From contig JAYWIR010000007.1 in the NCBI GenBank assembly GCA_036172245.1, positions 5,146,001 to 5,210,000 on the forward strand: a stretch of 64,000 bases of DNA, read 5' to 3'. A program made the translations under genes and the position numbers. The notes below the pieces were generated by a model. It worked only from the letters and a program-made list of their open reading frames with translations, had not been told where the DNA came from and ran no database searches. The stretch's first letter is position 1, and every line of letters begins with the position of its first letter. This document shows, piece after piece, positions 56,901-64,000 of this stretch. Source of the DNA: Raillietiella orientalis. Its lineage: Eukaryota.

Positions 56901-59900
56901 ATGAAATCTCTTTCGGGATGGGATTCAACGAAAGCATCTGCTTTGTGGGAAACGCCGATTCGGTTAGATCAAGCGCGCGCTCACGAACCGACCTGCACCC
57001 GAAGCAGGTCGGGTCATCGGGAGATGGCGGTGAGGAATCCGACGTGGGATCGAGAAAGGCGGGTTCGAATCTCGGCAGCGAGTCTGCCTCACCCAAACGG
57101 CCCCACCGCCTGGAAGCAAAGAACGTTGCAAGCGTCGAAAACGCAGACCCGATTCGCCGGCTCCTCATCCGTGAGGATGTTTTGGAAGCAGAGGGTAACC
57201 ACAGCCCTGTTTCCCCCATGAGCTCCCCCTTATTCCCAGTCAACGAAAAGAGTCCAGTTTGAAGAGGCTGGGACTTCACTGGACGGATGCGACGATCGCG
57301 CAGGATGACGCAGACTGGTCGGTACTTTTCCCAGCGCGCCTTCGTTAATCCAAATCTCAATCGGAGAAACCTTGATCGGGAGGAAAGAAAAGGAACATCA
57401 CGGGATTCCGGAAAGGGTTGCGCGCACCGCAAATTGCAGAATGGGTTTCTGCAGGTGTGCTCCTGAAGGATCGCTAGCAGCGGCCTGACGGCACGCTCAA
57501 GATCAAAAGCGCGAAAGGGGGAAGCGCGCCGTCTGCATCCCGTGAGTTCACAGGTGGGAAACCCGAGGGAAGGGAGCAGCCATGGGCTCTACTCTCCCTT
57601 TTGTGGGAGACAGAAATGCAGTCAAGCAGCCCCTGGCTGCCCTTATGTGGGTTGACTTTCATCGTGTTCTTGCTGCATTTTCTTCCACGCGCTTTCTCTG
57701 GAACGGATCGTACGGACGTGAGGGTGACTGCTCACGTCCCGGTGCCCGCCCACACTCTGCTCAAGCAGAGATCGCACCGATGTCCAGATTCATCAGAATA
57801 CGCTTAAGAAGCTGCGTCAGGAAACCGATGAGAGCAAGATTACGAATGTGCCCCGACACGTAACAGGAATCTACCCTCACAATTTGATAACCCGCAATTA
57901 AGGATCCCTTAGCAGCTGCCTGATAAATTGGACGAGGCGAGTTTTCCAGAAACCTGGAGCGGTTCGTAATTCGGGATGCGGTTCGCGCCCATTTGCGCGA
58001 ATTTTTCGAACATCGGAACGAATGGCGAATTGTACGCACGGCGGCAATGGCAGCTTCAGTTAGGTCACCAGGTGAGGAGTCCACTAAATCAAACTGGGAT
58101 CGTAAATTGGGTACATAAATAATTACTGAATGTGTTACGCAATGATCTGTGCTGCCATAGCTAATCTGCTTTCATTTCGTGGCGGCTTGAGAGACGTCAG
58201 TGCGCCCTTTTTCGCCAGCCAGGTTGAGATCGAGCGGTCGGTGGAAACCGAAAACGAAGCGAGAACGGAGCGGGTTGCGAGGCGTTGCCAGGAGCGCTCA
58301 GCAAGCCACATGTTACCCTGTAACCACCTCGTAGGATACGGAAATCCCCTTTCGCTGGACGAGAGGATCGCGCCCTTCCGAACACACCGCGAGAGAGCCA
58401 AGTCTTCTCGAAGGGGGGGATTTCTGGACGACGGGAGGCACCGGACTGCTCGAACAGAATCGGTCGGCAGTCGGAAAGGTCCTTCGCCTGGAAGGAGGTC
58501 GAGATGGAGGTGAAAGCGGAGCAGATCCCGGGCGGAACTGCTGATATTTTCAGAGCAATCGTTTCGGGAGCCGCGATCATTCCGGGAACGGCAAGAATGC
58601 CGAGGAAGGAAGTTCTCCGGCCGCTGAAAGGTTTCTGCTCTGACGGTGGAAACATTCGATGGCCAGTTTTTTACACGTGAAGGTTGGCAGAGGGATGGGA
58701 GCTTGAGACGAAGGGGAAGGGGGGGCGGGAAGAAGCAGGCGGTCGCGTTTCACTCGCCACCGGACGGAGCTTGGATGGAGATGGAAGGAATTCCTGAAAG
58801 TCTTGGGGAAGAACAGGGGAACCCGCAGCTGCTACCATCGCTGGTGAAGGACTCAGATCGCGTCCAAGAAATCGGGGATGGAAGGAGACTCGGGAAGAGG
58901 TCGGGAACTCTGGTGTGGGACCCTCGCTGGGAAGGGAAGATGACGAGGGTGTGCGCGTACATCGCTCGCGCGCGGCGGCACGAAACGCCCGCGATCTCGG
59001 CGAAGCAAGGAGGGATGCGGCCTCGAGTGGCGGAAGTAAGAAGGGTGTTGGTAAGGGGTTTCGGAAGACGGGAGGAGGTCCGCATGGATCCTCGAGCGGC
59101 AGCCCCGGGGAACGGGTTTACTCTTCCGCGGAGGATGGAATCCAAGCTTCCCTGGGGCTATTCACCTCGGCGGTGATGACGGTCAAGGTCTTGTTCTCCA
59201 GGCGGCTGATGATCTCCTTGTAGATCTCTCCGTACGTCTGCGTGAAGTTCATGCCGTTGATGGCGTCCCACTGCCCGATCTTGGGGGCTGACCCGTCCCG
59301 CTTGAACTTGACGACGTCCATGTCGAAGTTGCTACGGAAGCCATACGAGTCGAGGTGGACCCTGCCGGTCAGACCGTGGATCTCCGTCTGAAAGGGGAGG
59401 GTGCCGGGCGCCTCAGGTGGGCGAAGTTTCATCTCCCCTCCCCTTCCCTCAGGTCGCCATACTTACGCCTCTCAGCGCGTTGAGTAGCTCCCTCCCGTGG
59501 CGCCACTTCTCCTCTGAGTCGCAGGATAGCGACCTCATCTGCACGTCCTGGGTCCTGCCCAGGCTGTCCAGCGCCTTCGCGTACAGCTGGATGGCGTCGT
59601 AGAGCAGCGCCTCCTGCACCTGGATACGGGATCGACAACTTAGTGGGGTGGGAGTGGGGGGCTCGGGGAAGTGGGAGGGGAGAAACTGCCACCGTGCGCG
59701 TCCCCGCTCGCCGCCGCGGGTGATCTTCCGCAGAGCCCGCGATCAGCTGCGGACCGGGGAGTTTCGTCACTCCCCTCCCTGCTCGGCACGGGAGTCCGTG
59801 GGGACCAAGGGGGAGGGGAGTTCGCGGGGGAGCAAGCCGCGAGGGTGGAGGACACAGTAGCTCCTTCCTGGGGGGGAAGGGAGGAGCGACAGGTAGGCGG

Positions 59901-62900
59901 ACTCCGACCCGCGGGGGTCCCGAAAAGGGAAAAAGCAGAGTGTCGTCACGGAAGACTGCTTATTTCCCGTGGAGGGCCACTGAGGTGAAGGGTAGGGAGC
60001 GGCGCGGAACACTCCAAGGACCGGAAAAGGAAGACGCTCCCCGAGGTTTCCATAGAAAACCCGCCTAGGGAAGCCGAGGTCGTGTGGAGTCGCTTCTCGG
60101 ATCCATGACTCGCCCTCTGTTCCGCCGGGAAGCAAGGAGGCTTCCCGAAAGGAGAACCCGTCGGTCGCTCCAGGGGTTGCCCGGGTGCCTTCCCGGCGCT
60201 CACCCTCGAAGTCGTCGCACTTCTCCTGGAGATGGTGGCGCGGGCCTCCCGAATGCGGGACCGTAAGGGGGGAAGGAGATTCCTTCCTTCCCCAGAGCGA
60301 GAGAGCAGGCAGGGAACATTCCCAACCATCCCCGGCTAATGTTCCGGGAAGGAGAAACGGGCGCTCGGGGTGAGCGCTCGTTTTCCGGGAAACGACCGGA
60401 GAGGCGGTTCGCGTTCTCCTCCAGGACCCGAGGAAGCGGAGGTTCGGGAGTAACGGTCCATCCCCTCCTTCCCTCCCGGTCAGAGGGAAACGAAGGGCGA
60501 GTGCAGCTTCCCGTTTCCTGAAGTGCCCAAAACGCGAAGGCGCCTTCGGCAGGGGTCCCTGTTTTTACCTTGGCGTGGCCGAGGATCCCAGCTTGGGTCC
60601 AGAGGCGGGAAGGGGTGCCTCTGTCTCTCCTGAAACCGCTTCCCGTCCGCCGCCTCAGTCCTGCATCCCTCCTCCCCCCATCTCTCTCTCTGGAACGCAG
60701 CGCCGTGCCCTCAGCGCAGCGGGGTCGAAACGGGAGGCGAGCCGTGACCTGCCAGCACGACTCGCCTTCAGGCGACTGTCTTTCCTGTTGGCCTCGACCC
60801 TCCGGCGACGCACACTGACTCGAATATGGAGGGGGGGATGGAGAGGGTTCGTCGGTCTCGCTTTGCGCACTCGCGACCGGACTGACGGGAAAGGCGACGG
60901 GATGGCCGCCACCTTGCTACGGAGCGACCGGCCTGTGACGTCTTCGCTTGAGAGGGAGGAATTGGGGTGGGGGGTGGGAGGAACCTTCAGCGTCCAGCGG
61001 TTTGCAGAACACTCGGCTATTTTAAAAAGTGAGCAGTGTCCGAGGGCGCGCGAATGCAGGGAGGGACAGGTGATGAAAAGCTGAAGGCTCTTTGCAGTCC
61101 TTGGGGTCTTGATTTTCCAGCCTCCGTGCTTGCTTTCCCCTTCCCCCTCAGGTCCCCCCCCCCCCGCATCTCTCTCTCTCCCCCTAAATTCAACTTTCCT
61201 CCCCCTGCATCTGCGACCTCGACTCCGGCTCGCAGAGCTCACCCTCGCAGGAGACGGCACGGTGAGTATCCCCCCCCCATCTCTTCGGCTTCGGACGAGA
61301 TGGCTCATGTGTTCCCTTCTTAACCACGCGCGCGCACGCCTGCATCTGCGCACCACGGCGCGAGGGGCTTGCAGAGTGAGTGCCGATGCTGTCATTCCCC
61401 CCCTCCCTTCTCCAAGGAGGTAGTGAGGGCGTCGGTCGCAGGGAAGCCCAAGGCGAGGTCCTCGGGAAAAGAAGAGGCAGCGAAGGGGCAGTGTCGCCGG
61501 TCGGCACCACCTGGACACGGCTACTCGCCCGTTACCTTTCCGCCTGACCGTGCATCTGGAGTGGGCACGGAGACGACGCTCCGAGTGGGTGGTGGACTCA
61601 CAATGTCCACCCCTCCTCTCAGAACATCGCCTCAGCAGCACCGCTGTCGTCAGCACGCAGAAGGTGGCCGGTTTCCACGGTGACCGCCCCACCTCATCTC
61701 TCCCACCGAGGAATGGAGAGGGAAGGGGATCGGCGGAGGCAGGGAGGGCTCGGGAGGAGGAGGCGCGGGGTGTCTCGTCCTTCGCGTCTCCACGGGCCCT
61801 CCATCAAGGGCTGACCAGGGAGGACGACCTCTGCTCCCCCCGGCCCTCCCCGTTCTCAATTCAGGACCTTCACGGTGCTTTCCGCCATGTTCACGCGCCT
61901 CCCCATGTGTAGCTCTCCGAACATCCAGTCCTTGAACGCGCTGGCGACGTCCTCCCGTCCAGGGTCGATCAGGCGAAGGGTGGTCACGTTGGTGTCCGAT
62001 TGGATGAACTCCTTCAGGTCCAGCGAGTGCGCGTCCTGCGGGGGAAACCCATTTTCTCCCGCCTTTCTCCTCCCTTTCCGTCCCCACCAGGTTCGTGAAG
62101 ATGTAGTTGTGGTAGGGGGTCAGCATCTCCAGCCTGCGGGCTGCCTCCAGGACGGGACGCACTTCCTGCAGGCTGCAGTCCACAATGATGTGCGTCTCCC
62201 CGATCTTCTTCAGGTGCTTGAGCAGGGGTCTGGAAGAGGGGCTTATCGGCCAGAGGGCCGGAGGGGACGACCCCGGGTCACGGGGACCCAGGACAGGGGA
62301 GGGGCCCCTCACCCGTAGTCCCCGCCGTCGGCGCGGAGGGAGCGCACAGTGATGCGCATGTGATCGTCGGGACTGCTGTGCTGCAGCAGCTCCTTCAGCC
62401 GGAGGAGGCCCTCGGGAGATTCGTACAGCAATGCGTACCGGTCCCACTTCCAGGAGCGCACCAGCTGGGTGAGGAGCTGCGAAAAGGAGTAAGGAGGGGG
62501 GGGGAGGGTCAGGTTGGGGCGCGCGCGAGCGCTGCTCACCTTCGCCAGAGAGCTGGGGTGCGGGTAGAGGTTGACGAAGAACTGGTCCTCCCGGATGGAC
62601 CGAAAGTCCTCCCTGGTCTCGATGTGGGGGATTTCCAGGGCGTCGCACACGGACTGCACGTGCACGGAGCTCGCGGGACTGCTGGGACCCAGCAGCGCCC
62701 CGATGCCCCACCTCGCCAGGGTGCACGCTGGGGGGAGGGGGAGGGGAGCGCATCGCAGACGTGTCCGAAGAAGGGTCGCCTTGGATCCCTCCCTCCTCCT
62801 CCTCCTCCTTCCTACCTTTCCTGGACGCCTTGAAGCTGTCCCCGTACGTGGCGTTCTCGCCCACGGCGTAGAGCCGGGACTTGGGCAGAAGCTTGCTGCG

Positions 62901-62971
62901 CTCGTTCGTGAACTCCACCGAGTGCCGGACGGCCGCCTCGTCCAGCTCGCTGCCTGAGTCGAAGAGCGTCC
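47986..62971 (-). CDS. Kainate-type ionotropic glutamate receptor subunit (GRIK/insect KaiR-like), at least 16 exons, ~866 aa traced; signal-peptide exon not resolved
   Basis: Exons (minus): 62971-62816, 62727-62540, 62476-62313, 62229-62088, 62035-61868, 59619-59467, 59387-59166, 55708-55502, 54088-54004, 53949-53811, 52882-52745, 50640-50442, 50350-50119, 49954-49839, 48353-48198, 48120-47986; all GT-AG and phase-compatible. ATD ([15 protein letters not shown]), S1 ([36 protein letters not shown]), M2 ([13 protein letters not shown]), M3 [12 protein letters not shown]2 ([24 protein letters not shown]), M4 (NVGGVF). Confidence 0.95.
50683..50736. repeat. 3 x 18-bp all-purine tandem repeat in glutamate-receptor intron
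   Basis: gaaaggaggaaaggagga x2 + gaaaggaggaagggagga; reads as a polypyrimidine tract on the sense strand ~40 nt upstream of the M3-exon acceptor. Confidence 0.9.
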
Positions 62972-64000
62972 CTGCAAAGACGTTCCTGCAGAGGGTTCAC
63001 CGGTCCGGAGGAAAGCCCTGGCGGGGGAGACCCCAAGATGGAGGAGGTGGGAAAGGGGCTCCCCCCGTCTGCAAAGAGGGAGGGACGGACGCGGCTGTAG
63101 TTTCGCCACCGGAAAGCGGACTGCTGCCGCTACGACGATGGCGCGCGCACATTTCGCGGTCCTCGCAACGACGCCCCCGATCCGTCGGCCCACTTCTTCC
63201 TCCCCCTCTTCCCTCCTTCCGCAAGGATGGATGATGTCGCCGGGCACACCTCCGGTTTCGCGAGTAGGGAGGTCTGAGGGGAGGCGGAGAGAAGAGCGAA
63301 AACCCCTTCCCTCAGGACCCCTTCTCCTGGGGCGGAGGAAGAAACCAGTGGTGGTAAAGGTCCCGGGCCGGGGCCGTTCCAAAACGGATGCGACTCGAAC
63401 GGCGGATCAGAATGCGACTCACAGGGCTGGTCCGGAAGAGGTGCTCTGGAGAAAGCGCTCCTCGACCCTGAGAACCGAGCATCACCAAGATGGCCGCGGC
63501 GGGTGGCATTCCACCAAAGAGGGAGGAGCAGAGCGGATGGATTTTCTTCTACTTGGTGCATGGCCGCGCAGGAGCTCCCCACCTCAACGGGGGGAAGGAG
63601 GGAATGAAGGGAAGGGTATAAGAGGGATACGAGCACGCCGGCAGTTTCTGGACCTGCCTGCCACCTCTCGAGCACTCGGGTAGGGACCGCTCCGCTCCAC
63701 CTCGTGACAGGGCTGGGGTTGTCACTGCGCAGGCGTGGAGGCCGCCACAGAGGCGCGAGCTGCGAGCTCGGAAGCTTCGCTCTGCCGACGAAACGGCGAC
63801 GCGGGTAAGCAAAAAATTCCGACCCCCTTCCCTTCCCCGCCGCCTTGCCGAACCTGTGGGTTGACTTGCAGGGGTGGCGCTGACAGGAGCGGCCTGCAGC
63901 GACGGGCGAACGTGATCTCTCGATGGCCACCGAAGCGCACGGCGACGGAACAGTTCGAAAAGTACATAAACAAGCAGAGCAGGAGAGAAAGGAAAGGATT

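Noticed and set aside
56662..58084. Possible nested gene in the large receptor intron
   Set aside because: ORFs on both strands lack recognisable motifs or supportable exon structure.
62972..64000. Candidate signal-peptide first exon of the glutamate receptor
   Set aside because: No ATG + hydrophobic stretch + phase-1 donor combination that I can support; it may lie outside the window.

Overview
Eukaryotic (animal, most likely arthropod-type) genomic DNA with a sharp compositional mosaic. GC-rich, CpG-rich blocks (~1-17.2 kb, ~22.3-28.5 kb, ~47-64 kb) alternate with AT-rich blocks (~17.2-22.3 kb, ~29-46 kb). The AT-rich blocks hold compact genes with mostly 39-51 nt introns and CpG-depleted bodies: an rBAT/SLC3-type heavy chain with an intact GH13 alpha-glucosidase catalytic triad (-), spastin (+), PNO1 (-), a USF bHLH-Zip factor (-) and NDUFS2 (+). 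The right GC-rich block holds 16 traceable exons of a kainate-type ionotropic glutamate receptor (-; first exon not resolved). A hAT-type MITE and a decayed non-LTR retroelement 3' end lie between USF and NDUFS2. The left GC-rich block has no recognisable protein gene. It is built from a cryptic, heavily diverged ~0.9-kb repeat family in mixed orientation (about 9 copies, ~4.1-16.3 kb), with near-identical islands (a perfect 157-bp inverted pair and a 42/43-bp direct pair) and several strong hairpins. All exon coordinates and alignments were derived by hand and need computational confirmation.
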